From contig JALMLS010000514.1 of the NCBI GenBank assembly GCA_038496445.1, positions 124,001 to 188,000 on the forward strand: a stretch of 64,000 bases of DNA, read 5' to 3'. Within the stretch, counting starts at the first letter, position 1. Every line of letters begins with the position of its first letter. Under the pieces are notes generated by a model. That model worked only from the letters and a program-made list of their open reading frames with translations. It searched no databases and had not been told where the DNA came from. This document shows, one piece after another, positions 1 to 13,946 of the stretch. This DNA comes from Trichosphaerium sp. ATCC 40318 (lineage: Eukaryota; Protista; Tubulinea). A program made the position numbers and the translations under genes.

Positions 1-710
1 TTCACCTTCCTTCTTGTCATTTTTGAACTGACAGTGTTGCATTAATTGACCATTATCATACCATTGTTTGTATTCACCATCTTTCTTACCATCTATCAAA
101 TGAGTTTGTGCGCGAGACTTACCATTCTCGTGCCACTGTTTTGCTAGGCCTTCAATCTTATCGTTCTTGTAATAAAAAAGATGACTCATTGTACCACTCT
201 CATACCAATATTCGCCAACACCTTGCTTCTTCCCATCCGTACAATAGCACTTTTGTGAAAGAACACCATTCTTGTGCCAGAGCTTGTATTCCCCTTGCAC
301 TCTTTTATGATTATCCAAGTAGTATTGGGCTGATACCTGACCATTTTCATAAAACTTTTCTATTAATCCTTTCTTCTGTCCACTCCGATAAAGTCGCTCT
401 TTAACGTTTTTCGTGTTTTCGTATAGAACCTTTACAAAAAAAAAACGTTTCAGTTGAAAACACGTGATTGACAATAAACCTAAAAATGTCGTACTTCTTC
501 AATGTCAGGTGTAAAATTACCACTGACAAGATGGTCAGTGTAGTAGCATCGTGAAGGATAATACCACAGCATTGTTCTTCTTGAGGTATGTACGCAGCTG
601 CTTTGTGATGAACCATACAACGGCATTATTGTAGGTTTGTGAAATGATTGTCTTATCGCTGCTTTGGGCATCTTAAATCTTTTGTACATCGTAGGATGAA
701 CGTTAACCAT
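1..710 (-). CDS. MORN-variant (MORN_2/YwqK-like) repeat protein with putative mitochondrial presequence; 3' end runs off the window
   Basis: Minus strand 1-400 reads repeated 'GEYKLWHKNG..', 'KQWHENG', 'GEYKQWYDNGQL' units. The first exon (KAAIRQSFHKPTI...YYPSRCYYTD..GNFTPDIEE|GTACG) is homologous to the first exon of 31432..33408. Confidence 0.8.
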
Positions 711-1088
711 AGTATATCCTAGTTAGCTTATCAATATAATCTTATCTTTGTTGTTTAATGTACGTACGTCGTAACATCTTGTAGTGTAATGATACAAAGA
801 AATAAAAAAATGAGATTGGTAAACTCATGATATTTATTGACTTCATCCAACTAAAACAACCGTCTCAAACAATATGACGCTTACACAAGGAGCCGAATGA
901 TACCAAAAAGGGTACGAAGTAAAAGTACATGGTTAACAAAACTACATACTGTCTGTCTCATTCAAGTTTTGAGGCCGAATTGTAACAAAAAAAAATAAGT
1001 GCTGATCGATTCTGCCACTGACTCGCGTACGATCTTTGATTACCGTTGACTTTTTTAGTTTGTGCTTGTCTAGGTCTACAACAGCGGA

Positions 1089-1784
1089 ATGTTACGAATA
1101 AGTGTTAACCCACGCCCTATGTGCAGGAGCGGTAGAGCGAATGCCAAATTAACGAAGTTTGTACGGCAAATCCCTTCTAGAGGCCGTTCTACGCTGTCAA
1201 GTGTTAGAAAATCGAATATCGTAGCTAATTCACGTCAATTACGCTTCAATACAACATTATTCTCTTCAATGCGACTGTATTGCACCGCAACGCCTAAAAC
1301 AGAAGACGTACCTACGCCACCTACAACAGGCGAGCATAAAACGTACCATCCAAACGGAAAACTGTCACTTCACTGTTTTTACGAGAACGGACGCTTACAC
1401 GGTGAATACAAGCAATATAGAGACGATGGTAATATCCAGATGCATTGTCATTACTTTGAAGGAGAAAGAAAAGGAGAAGTAAAGAAATGGTACAAAAACG
1501 GTCAGATGTTTCTTCATGGTATAAATGTTTGGTCTAATAAGGAGGGACAGTTTACAAAATGGTTTAAAGATGGTAAAATGAACAATAAAGTCATTTTCAA
1601 GAACGGGTCATTGAGACAAGTGAAGACATTTGGCGTTAAAGGCAAAATGCAGTCTCTTGGTAATTTTGAAAATGGTCAAGCTAATGGAGAGTTTAAACTA
1701 TTTGATGATGATGGTGAATTGAAGCAACATACAATATATGAAGGTGGTAAACCAGTAAAGCAAATACCTATAAACAAAGAATAA
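1089..1784 (+). CDS. Intronless MORN-variant repeat protein with Arg/Ser-rich N-terminal presequence
   Basis: Repeats 'GEHKTYHPNGKL', 'HGEYKQYRDDGNI', 'GEVKKWYKNGQM'. The first ~66 aa have no D/E and end in an RLYC motif. Confidence 0.85.
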   Translation: MLRISVNPRPMCRSGRANAKLTKFVRQIPSRGRSTLSSVRKSNIVANSRQLRFNTTLFSSMRLYCTATPKTEDVPTPPTTGEHKTYHPNGKLSLHCFYENGRLHGEYKQYRDDGNIQMHCHYFEGERKGEVKKWYKNGQMFLHGINVWSNKEGQFTKWFKDGKMNNKVIFKNGSLRQVKTFGVKGKMQSLGNFENGQANGEFKLFDDDGELKQHTIYEGGKPVKQIPINKE

Positions 1785-2001
1785 AAACAATTTTATTTTT
1801 TTGTATTGCAACCACGTGATTTCATTTGTATTGTATTTCCAATTGCTGTCTACATAGAGTAAGAAAACTTGATGGAATGGTTACTTTACATGTGTTGAAT
1901 GAATAGGTGCACCTACACAGCGTTTAAGCAGAAAAGCAACGACTTGTTATTAGTTTCAGTGAACTTGAACTCAGGTAGTTTGCCATAATTTAACGCTAAA
2001 A

Positions 2002-4387
<2,386 letters not shown>

Positions 4388-4989
4388 ATACTTAATAAAT
4401 AAACAAGGTAATCTTCAGAAGTTTAACGATTCAATTTTATTACTTTCGCTTTTATGGTCCATGTGGTAACTTTTACGCGAACCAACCACGAGCACCAAAA
4501 GACGCAATAACCGTGAAGAAACACAACACTCGCAAAGTACAACAGAGATCATCGCTTCAGGTCGACTTCTTATTCATCGGACAAAGTACCTCCAACAAAT
4601 GTTGCTTTTATTCAACATCCCAACTAGTAACCAATAACCCAAGCCATCGTTCAATATCAATAAGTAAACTCACACCAACTACAAACACGCCTCCTACAAC
4701 ACCCAAATAGTTTGCTGCAACATCTATAACTAGTGCTAATTCTTCAGCTAAACAATTGAATGCTGTGAGTATGTTATATCTAGGTTCAATTGTATTGTGA
4801 GTATAAATAAAATACTTCTTGTTCATTAAAAAACACTAAGTTGTTCTTTGTGCCATCTTAATCTAAAAAAAGGTGATTGAGTTATAGGCGGCTTATCTCT
4901 CATGAGGTCGAAATTAGGAGTTATAACCATTGAGAGGTGCGCAGATTGGAGTCTGCCGAGATACCAATTTCTCTAAAAACCCGTTCTTT

Positions 4990-5060
4990 ATGGATTTTGC
5001 GGGATTCGAACCACGCTTCTGCAGATTGATGATAACCCAACCAGGCATTCAACCGACAAT
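4990..5060 (-). other. Degenerate tRNA-like / Pol III box segment (possible tRNA pseudogene or SINE head)
   Basis: Minus strand has GCGTGGTTCGAATCCCGC (B box/T-arm), an upstream TGCCTGGTTGG A-box-like stretch and a downstream T5. Spacing is too short for a full cloverleaf. Confidence 0.3.
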
Positions 5061-6959
5061 TTAACATTGGAGCACCCTGATTACAACTACCTTATCGTAT
5101 TGTTTTTAAACACGAGTTGAGGTAAATATTATTTATTGTGGTAAAAATACACGAATTCAAAACACTTGGGGATCTAAAGTAATAGTGAATAGATTTGCCG
5201 GCAAGAGATGTAAGTTTTGACTAAAAACAGTCTATTTTTAGTTCAATTTGGGAAAAGTGCCGGTGTCTTCTTACTGTGTCAACTACAACAAATGAATTTC
5301 TTTGGGGTTTCAGTTGATGCAAGCGCTACAATATTATCGTGAGAACCATACGATAACATTCAACACAATTACAGTAGAAAAAGCATACACAGCTCTTAAA
5401 ACAAGTAGAACGTACATTAAACCTCGCCAATGAACGATTGGTACAAGAATTAGATGAGTTAATTGTAAAACAAACAGATAACCGTCTTAACGCGACAGAC
5501 GACAATGAGATGCACTACAAGCGCGTTGAGGCTATAAAACGAGACGCCATATTCAAAACTGACCCAACGTTTGAATGGACGTTACCCAACAAGCTGACTT
5601 ACAATATATTGAGTCTACTACTTCATCAGACGTTTAGAAGCCCAAAAAAGTGTTATTTATCCGCCAGTTGCTTAAAACAATCAGTTGATACTCACTTTTC
5701 CCAGTTTGGTAATCGTCCTCAAGGAACGAATAATGCAAAGAATGTGTACATGCAACATTCCATTTAAACTTGCGATGTAAAATGTTCAGTGACTACTCCA
5801 ACTAGGAATTAAAAGAGACGTAAGTGTAAAGAGCTCGCACTTCAAAAGTGAGAACAAACCCTAAACGGATACAGCCAACTTTCACACTACTTTCTGTTGG
5901 TTAATTGTCTTGAAAATTAGCCTGCTGAATTTAAGTGTATCATTCTTGCAAGCCTGCTCATCTAACTAACCACTGAACAACTCAAAAAGTAGGATGGAAT
6001 TCCTGTAAACCAATATCTCAAACCTTAGCCCCTTTGCAAAGGCACCCACGCCATCATGTAGCTATCTTTCAGCCAGACAATATTAGTGAAAATACAATCT
6101 AGCGAATAAACAAGCTGCATGAAGGGCATAGATAGTTCAGCCTGGACTGAGCCGTAGCCCTGACAAACAGGTTTCCGATCCTACAATAGTATGATACATC
6201 ATCGAGCTTTTGAATTTCTTATTCGCGTTGGGAAAAAATTGTGGTATTAGTAATATTACACCACAGTGGGCACCATGAGGTTTTAAACAGCTTTAGTTTC
6301 AAAAAGGTATTTTTAGAAACTGTGTTTTTTGTTTTTTGTTTTGAATTGTAGGGGAGCGTACTGAGGTTGTGTTCCTACGTGCTAGTGGGGTTGTGATAGT
6401 GTTTAAGTTTGTTTGCTCATGTTGACTTACACTTTCCTGTTTCCGCTTGCATACTGCCTTTGCAGGCGTAGGAGAGCCAAGTTCGACTATTTGTACGCGT
6501 TTTAGGAGAGTTGTGACCGAGAGACAAAACTAAATCAGTTTTTGGCTCTTTTGCCAGCAAAGCAGTAATGTTTATGTACAAGCCGCCATCTGTTGTAAAT
6601 GGCGAATCAGGCTTACTACGCCTAACCCAGTTTGACTATACCTATATCAGGAACAAGACTCTTTGTTGCTCTACAAAAGAGCAAAGGTTGAAACGTGTTG
6701 ATAAAAATGTACTGCCACTTTGTGTTGCAACACTTTTCTTTTGGTGAGGTTAATCAATGAAACATTGGTGCAACTTGCGGTTCAGGAGGGAAGAAATAAA
6801 TTCGCAAAATGTCAATTTCGTCTAAAATTGAAAGTACCATCAATAACAACAGCATAGAACCTTAGCTTTAATACCTAGTATTTAGAAAACATACCATATT
6901 TATTGCTTAGAATCACTAAGCACAACAGTATATGGGTGCCTTTTTAATTTAGTCTGTAG

Positions 6960-7319
6960 TTTCCATGAGCTTCTTTTGTATAGCCTGAAGTCGCCACAAG
7001 ATTGTGCTTTTCTTAAGTCCATATGAAACCCAAACAACCCCATCAAACCACTCAAAAATCATGCCCACATAAGTACAGGCGTTTGGGGTATGAGTACAAT
7101 GAACCAATTGAAGAAGTTGCCACAAGTCAGCACAACAAAAAACATTGTCAAGAATGTCAAAATAGCATCAAACGTTGCATACCACAGAACTATTTGGACG
7201 TTTTTACGTTTTTCGCTAATAAATGGCACAAACAAGTGTTTAAGAAACGTTGTGCCGATAGTATGAACGTAGTATGCGAAGATGACAAGAGTTATGTCTA
7301 GCACGAGTTTAATAGCCAA
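6960..7319 (-). pseudogene. Multi-pass membrane protein fragment, interrupted by stops
   Basis: Hydrophobic ORF 7059..7319 continues past in-frame stops. No family recognised. Confidence 0.25.
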
Positions 7320-8002
7320 TTTTCAGAAAAAACAAGGAAAACAAAAGACGATTGATTTCATGACTATTGATCACGTGGAAAATCATGAATGTAGTGTTAA
7401 TTATGATAAAGTATACCATAGGAATATGATATATACGTTCTATAAAAGACATCCAAAAAAAGGATTAGACAGTTGCTTTATATCACTTTATTGCTATAAC
7501 ATAAGTGTTTTTGGAGCTGAATCAAATTACAGAATAATTAACAAGGAAGAGGATGGATTTAAGTATCTAGAAATTTGCTCAATATGCAGATATGTTGAAA
7601 ACTACCATGGATTGTCTGGAAGAGCTACTCGTCTGACAATCGCAGTATCAGAGGTATCTTGTGGGAGTATTTTACTAAGATCACCTAATAAGCTGAGATA
7701 CATTTCAGCTACACAACTTATGTCATTTGGGTGTAAAACATTGTATAGACAAAACACTGCATTTGTTGATATTTCGCCCTATCCACCTAGTCTTCCAACA
7801 GCTTGGAAAGTACATATTTGTGTAAGCATAAAATAAAATTAATAAAAAGTATCTTTAAACAAAACTACCAATTCTCCATCTCAGTGACACTCACAACGAA
7901 GAGCCGTGATTAAACACAAAGAAAATTTAATTCTACATGCTATCTTATTGTGTAGATAGTGTATACACTATCTCATCTTTTGTTTTGTTAGTACGCCAAA
8001 TG

Positions 8003-8833
8003 TCAATTTACACGTTTTTCTTTTGCAACAATATTAGGTTTGCTGGTGATACAGAATACATTATTAGCCCCTATAGCTTAGTTTACTGGTTCTCGCAGTA
8101 TACTAAAATATCAGGAGCATATTTCCATGGGTTATCATCTGTATACAAACGAGTAAGTACACGATCTTTTGAAACAGCAAAAAAGCATTTTTTTCCTTTC
8201 AAATCTCCTTTAGTTGTATCGGGATATCCATCCTCAAAGTCACCATATTCCCCTGTTGTTACTGTACATGTCAAAACAACATTTTTCTTTCCGTTGTCAA
8301 ACCAGGCAAGAGACTCTTGTTCTTTTGTTTTTGGTTGAGTTAAGCTAAACGAAATATCGCCGCTACAGATCACCCAGTCGCCTGCAGTACCACCGTAATC
8401 ATCAGTAAAGCCATTGCGGTACCTGTTTAAAACATCAAAGACAAGAATAGAAGTGATGTAAGAGTGGCAGAGAAAGAACACGCGCGATAATGTTGTACCT
8501 AAAAAGGAATGTACTGTCTTTGCTTAAAATCAGCTTTGTCGTTGTAATATAACCTCTGAATACATTCTTACGTATATTCATACTCTTTACGACCCTCTCA
8601 CCATAGTTTCCACAGTATTTAAAGCAAAAAATAAACGATTGTTTGTATGACAACCCAGGAAAGGGCTCTTTACCATCTAGACGCGATTTCCATGTAGTAT
8701 TGGAGTCGGCAATAACATTCATTGTTTTTGATGTATAGAATAGCGCCATTTGCTCTTTGAATGACGTGAAATCAATTATATTCTGTAAAGCAAGTAATGG
8801 CAGCGAATCCAACGAAACATTTGATTGTTCCAT
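8003..8833 (-). CDS. F-box protein, unknown C-terminal domain (about 3 exons)
   Basis: N-terminal 'LDSLPLLALQNIIDFTSFKEQMALFYTSKTMNVIADSNTTWK' F-box pattern. ORFs 8435..8842 and 8083..8481 join by splicing. Confidence 0.7.
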
Positions 8834-9004
8834 ACGTATCAAGTTTTTATTAGGTTAGAGAGTGTAATAGTAAATATATAGTGTATCTGGTACGTTGTTG
8901 AAGTCGTTGGTAGGGAGCAGTTCAGAAAACAAGTTTTTTTTGGAATTTCGCTGCAAAACCGAATTTTTATTGGTTTTGATTTTAACTTTATTAAAACAAC
9001 CACA

Positions 9005-10524
9005 ATGCAGAAAACAGAAGCTCTAGACGAACCTCACGTTATTAAAGAAAAGCTTGAGAAGCTCAAAGCGCTTGTTAGACAATCTGAGTCCGCTGTAATT
9101 TATACAGGTGCTGGAATATCTACAGCGGGTATTATATAGTATTTTCGGAGCGTTTTTGATTGTATTTTAGCCAATATAGCAGATTACAGAGGTGACAACG
9201 GTTTAAAAAAGAATCCGTTGCCAATGGTGGTGATTGGAATGCGCGAGCAAGAGCTAGAATATAAAATGCCTACATACGGGTACGTTTTAGACTTTTTTTA
9301 GGCTAAACCGCGTAAAATCGCCCAAGAGCGTAACAAGTAATTGTAACATACGCATAGGCATGTTATTTGCGCTGAACTAGTAAAAAAGAATGTATGTCAG
9401 TACGTTTGCACATCAAACCACGATAACCGTACGTTTGCGACTTCTTCTTTGCGTTAAAACAGTAAAGACAGAGTTTTATTCTATTTTCGACATAGGCGTA
9501 TTATTAGCCTGTATTCTTATACATACGTTTAGTTCATGAGAAGGCGGGTGCACCTTTAGATCGTGTGGTAAGTAAACTTGTTTTAGTAATGAGATGGTGG
9601 GTTTTTTGGGGGTTTTTCCTATAATTTTCTTACGGATTGTTTTAGATCAATATCTTTGGCAATATTTATATTGAACAATGTACAAGGTGTAAAGAATGTA
9701 TAAGGCGGTCTGTTATTACGCCTTCACTGGGAAGGACATGTGAAAAATGCGGTGGTAGGCTTATAAAAACAGGTACAACAACATCGAACATTACTTCTTT
9801 TTTTCTAAATGTCACGTGTTAGGCACACGTATGAACGCACAAACTCCAGAGAAACCTCTTAAAAAAGGTATAAAGGTATCAAAAAAAGCAGATCTTGCGA
9901 TAGTACTTGGATCATCTATGACAGTACGTGGTGTACTCCACTTTGTTTTGTTAATGAACTTTTCTGACAATTTTTTTGTTGCAGATTTCGCCGTTTTGTG
10001 AGTTGCCTTTCTTAGCAAAGAAAGTAGTTATATGTACCTTACAAGTACGGTTATATTAAGACGATGATTTTTTAATATTACTTACGTAGGAGACACCGTA
10101 TGATAATCACAAAAAGACAGTTATAAAAATAAGAGCAAAATGTGATGATCTTCTTAAAGCTATTGCTGTTGACCAAAATGTCGATTTTAAAACATTCCAG
10201 TACCGTAAAAAGATTATGCTTAAATTGGATAAAGTAGAAGGCAATATGATAAAAGCGTGTATACGCAGTATTTATATAAATGAGCCAGCGAAAATCGTTG
10301 AAGATGTAACGATATTGGGAGCATCAGAAAAAAAGATAAAGTTGGAAAAACAATCATCTACTGGAAACTATGAAGCTTCCTTCAAATGTAATGAAGGTCC
10401 TCAATATAAGATTACTATAGAGTGGAAGGAAGGATTTGAAGTGGAAGAACAAACATTTAATGTGATCATGGAAGGAGATAGTCATGAAGAAGTGTTTGAA
10501 ATGAGGAAAACTGTACAATTGTAA
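9005..10524 (+). CDS. SIR2-family sirtuin (class IV, SIRT6/7-like) with altered active site and extra C-terminal domain
   Basis: YTGAGISTA, DYRG, MPTYGH, TSNHDNLH, CxxC..CxxC zinc ribbon, DLAIVLGSSM, TLQETPYD across about 8 exons. Confidence 0.9.
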
Positions 10525-10803
10525 AAGCTAAACAAAAATATATCCCCATTAATCAACACGTGTTGTCCATAAACTTTTTTTCCTCTGTGCACTCTCAACA
10601 AAGCCATTAAATCAGATTTCAACAACACAACAAATACAGAATTGTTTTGTTGATGGAGTAGAAGGCGAAGAACAAAACTTGATTTTTTTACAAAGGTTTT
10701 TTTATTTTCTATACTGAATGAATACTACACATCAACATTTGGTTGGCAATGGACATTTACATGTGATTTAAAAAATGTCCAAATATATTGATGAGAAGCT
10801 TTG

Positions 10804-12012
10804 TTAAGATTTAGTGTCCTTTATGCAACTTATAAACCTTAACAAATCATTTTTCCAGAAATAGAAAAATACCTTGATTGTATCAGAAAAGTGCGTGACG
10901 ACAGGTCTCTTGTAACTGCTGGATACTGAAAATGTACTATTTATATCAAAGGATTGTAAACTCTTTAGCGCTCTATCATCACTTGCTCCAAATTTGTAGA
11001 CAGTAAAAAGAGATTTCTGAGATAACACCACACTACCATTATTGTAATTTGAAACCGAAGTATCATATGGACAAACAGCTTGTTTGAGTATTTGACCTGT
11101 CTTCCAATTTACTATAACAACTCCTTGCATTTGCTCTACAATCACGTGATCATTATCAATACCTTGAATATTACATACTCTTTTCCTCAACTCTATGATC
11201 CGACCAGGCACGTTCTTTGTCCATACGATGAGTCTATTTTTAGATCCAGAAATAACTTTATCTTCCCCGACACTCAGAAGAGCTGAAACGCTTTCAAATC
11301 GATCAAAAACATCTCTTGGCGCTTGATATCTTAATGTTATAAAATCTGTGCTATCACCCAATGTATACGTATACCAATAAATACCCCAATGTCCAATAAC
11401 GAAATCAACTTTTGATTTTTCTTCTTGTAAATATTCATATTCTTCGTACTCTTCATCATCACTTACTACATCTTTTTCTTTGTACACCCTCTCAACAGAA
11501 CAAACTGATGCATAGCTTGGAGAATACTCTTCGTCAAAATGACATTCTCCTGTCGAGATATTAAAGATTGAGTACTTTGACTCGTAATAATTTCCAGGAA
11601 TAAATTTATAAACAACCAAAACATATTCTCCTGCCAAGAAGAATACATCACTATGAAGCTCCATTGTCCTTGTTTTATCTTCTTTTATCATATTTATAAA
11701 CGTCAACTTGTTTTTATCGTCTGAAAGGCGAAAAAACGCCAGAAAGAGCGATATCGCTGTATAACCTCCACAAGCGTAAATATCGTCTGATATGAACTTA
11801 CATAGTGTAATGGTAGGTCCTTCAAGTGTTGGAAGATCTATCGGTATGCGTACACGCTTTTTAAACAATTCGTTGCTAATAGCCTCTCCTTTCGTTATAA
11901 GACGCAATATTAACGCGTTAACGGCCTTGCTTGTAATCCTTGAAGATATTTGGTCGTCTATGCTCAAGAACTCGAAGATATGTTCCAAAACTTCCAAAGG
12001 GAAAACAGACAT
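10804..12012 (-). CDS. Intronless F-box protein with divergent WD40/beta-propeller-like C-terminus (paralog A)
   Basis: MSVFPLEVLEHIFEFLSIDDQISSRITSK F-box; 'VSALLSVGEDKVISGS..LIVW' and 'IVNWKTGQ' WD-like strands. Collinear with 58518..59723. Confidence 0.85.
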   Translation of the reverse strand: MSVFPLEVLEHIFEFLSIDDQISSRITSKAVNALILRLITKGEAISNELFKKRVRIPIDLPTLEGPTITLCKFISDDIYACGGYTAISLFLAFFRLSDDKNKLTFINMIKEDKTRTMELHSDVFFLAGEYVLVVYKFIPGNYYESKYSIFNISTGECHFDEEYSPSYASVCSVERVYKEKDVVSDDEEYEEYEYLQEEKSKVDFVIGHWGIYWYTYTLGDSTDFITLRYQAPRDVFDRFESVSALLSVGEDKVISGSKNRLIVWTKNVPGRIIELRKRVCNIQGIDNDHVIVEQMQGVVIVNWKTGQILKQAVCPYDTSVSNYNNGSVVLSQKSLFTVYKFGASDDRALKSLQSFDINSTFSVSSSYKRPVVTHFSDTIKVFFYFWKNDLLRFISCIKDTKS

Positions 12013-12251
12013 GCTTGGTGTTGCGAGAGGCACCCTTCGGTTTTGATTCTCGTTGACTATACGAGTCTTAACGTATGTACAAGTAAGATCATGTACACTG
12101 CGTACACGTGTAAAAGAAAATATCACGTGATGAATCAGGCAACCTAAAATAGTACATTGTCTTTGCAATGAGTACCTGTTCTGAGTGCGGCTAGCAAACC
12201 TTGTCAAGATACACTACGCTATCTTGCAACAGTTATGTAGTCACTGTGATG

Positions 12252-12428
12252 CAAAAACATTTAGTCGTGGACAAAGTCTTAATGTTGAACAAAAAGAACG
12301 ATCATAGGCTGCTGATCAAGACAAATCAACAGTGAACCGTTGTCTCTTTACCGTTATCTTAAAGCAAAAACATTTAGTCGTGGACAAAGTCTTAATGTTG
12401 TGAACAAAAAGAACGATCATAGGCTGCT
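12252..12428. repeat. Local ~62-bp direct duplication at the edge of a dispersed repeat
   Basis: caaaaacatttagtcgtggacaaagtcttaatgttg..aacaaaaagaacgatcataggctgct occurs at ~12252 and ~12365. Confidence 0.85.
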
Positions 12429-13185
12429 ATGCAGCGCCTAGTCAAGGTTTATATAGAGCTTTTCCCTAACGGCAGAACTCACCTCTGTATAGGACCTTAT
12501 AATTTTCTTGGCCCAGACCGAGTTCCTAAGTTAATTACGTGCTACTTACGAGGACATGCTGGCTAATGTAACGATTCAAGCTTTCACACTACGTCGGATT
12601 AAGATGGAACTTTGACAATTCCACCTCGCAATGCATACACCCACTAAGCTAGACGGAGGACTCCCTTAAATTATTTTCGACCAAATGGCTAGGAAGCCCC
12701 ACGCGTGGTGCACACACTGCAACTACTACAATTTAACAACTATTTTCGTTTCATTTTATACCCATAAAAACCTCTCAGAAATAAATTGTGGGATACAGAG
12801 TGTACTTCACTGAAAATTCTATTGCAATTACTCAAATATGGATAATGCACATTTCAAAACGCTCCCAAAGGCTTGTGATAGCTATTTACACATGTGGAAA
12901 CCTTATCAGTGATGTTTTGGTTCAAAAAACGTGACGCTAACTGATATCTTCCGTTTTCGGTGCAATTGTAACACTTCACTGAAATATCTATTGTAGATAC
13001 GCAAATAAGGATAATGCACTTTTCAACGAGCCAAAAACCCTTGTGCTAGCTATTTTCACGTATTGAGAGTTGTTTCAGCAAAGTTTTGGTTCACAAAATG
13101 TGCCTCTTATAAATACTTTTTACGTTTTAGTCCTCACTAAAAAAGTAACTAGTGCTATTGAGATGCTATTTTAGTGTTTAATAAA
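12316..13185 (-). mobile_element. ~0.87-kb non-coding dispersed repeat, copy 1 (internal ~168-bp tandem units; Helitron-like hairpin+CTAG)
   Basis: Inverted copy at ~60804-61702, nearly identical over 12403-12950. Tandem unit starts at ~12803 and ~12971. Confidence 0.75.
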
Positions 13186-13189
13186 TAGT

Positions 13190-13445
13190 GTAATGCTTTG
13201 AAACAATCAGTTGCCATGCTAGTTTGCCCAATCCCAATAGTGTGAACTCCTGCGAGTGCTTTAACACCTGCATCAGTAACATGAATTCTGCTGAGCCTAA
13301 TCGTATGAACTCCAGCTATAACCATCTGTTACATTTGTGCTAAGAAGATCAATCTTGTGCGCGCCAAACAGTGCTTTAATACCATTATCTGTGACCCAGT
13401 GTAGTAAAGATTGATTACATGAACGCCTGCCAATATCTTAACTAT
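13190..13445 (-). pseudogene. Decayed LRR gene ('LAGVHTI.L...VTD.G' repeats)
   Basis: Minus-strand fragments LAGVHVINL, VTDNGIKALFGAHKIDL, AGVHTIRL, VTDAGVKALAGVHTI with frameshifts. Same family as 53757..54008. Confidence 0.7.
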
Positions 13446-13946
13446 AATCGCCTTTTACGTTTTAAAGTCAACTTTGTCTAGTTTTGATCTCCCTCCAACA
13501 CGCTCATTAAGTGCAAGGGAGTACATTCTTTTAAGGTAATTTAAATGGTCAAGTTTTATTGGGAAATGAATAATTGTGTTAGTCTTTATGAGATGTGGTA
13601 TTGTTTTGAATAGTGTTTTCAATTTTCGTTTTGACTTTAGAACAATCTCGTCTGTTGGTGTATCCCAAGTGTTGTATTGCGCTTACTTTTAATAATTTAG
13701 ATGTGTAGAATATGAATAATAATTCAAAGGTATCTATCTCATTAAAGAATGCACTCGTTGGTCCGTTTTGGACTGGTGTAATATGAACACGCTCAACTTA
13801 ACTTGAATAACACTATGCAAGATTTAAGGTGCGTTTGCTATAGCCTTCTCATATTTTCCAACAAAGTGTATGAGAATCCTATACATGTGCGAAACGACAG
13901 GAGACAAACTATTGACAAACAAAACATTTATTCTTTTTTTTTTTTT

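Noticed and set aside
4772-4793. pogo/Tigger-like terminal repeat (gttatatctaggttcaattgta)
   Set aside because: No matching opposite end or transposase found.
4990-5060. Functional tRNA gene
   Set aside because: B box present, but acceptor and anticodon stems cannot be formed; kept only as a degenerate element.
7282-8338. Plus-strand ORFs of 184 and 133 aa
   Set aside because: No recognisable motifs; the second is antisense to the F-box gene. Likely shadow ORFs.
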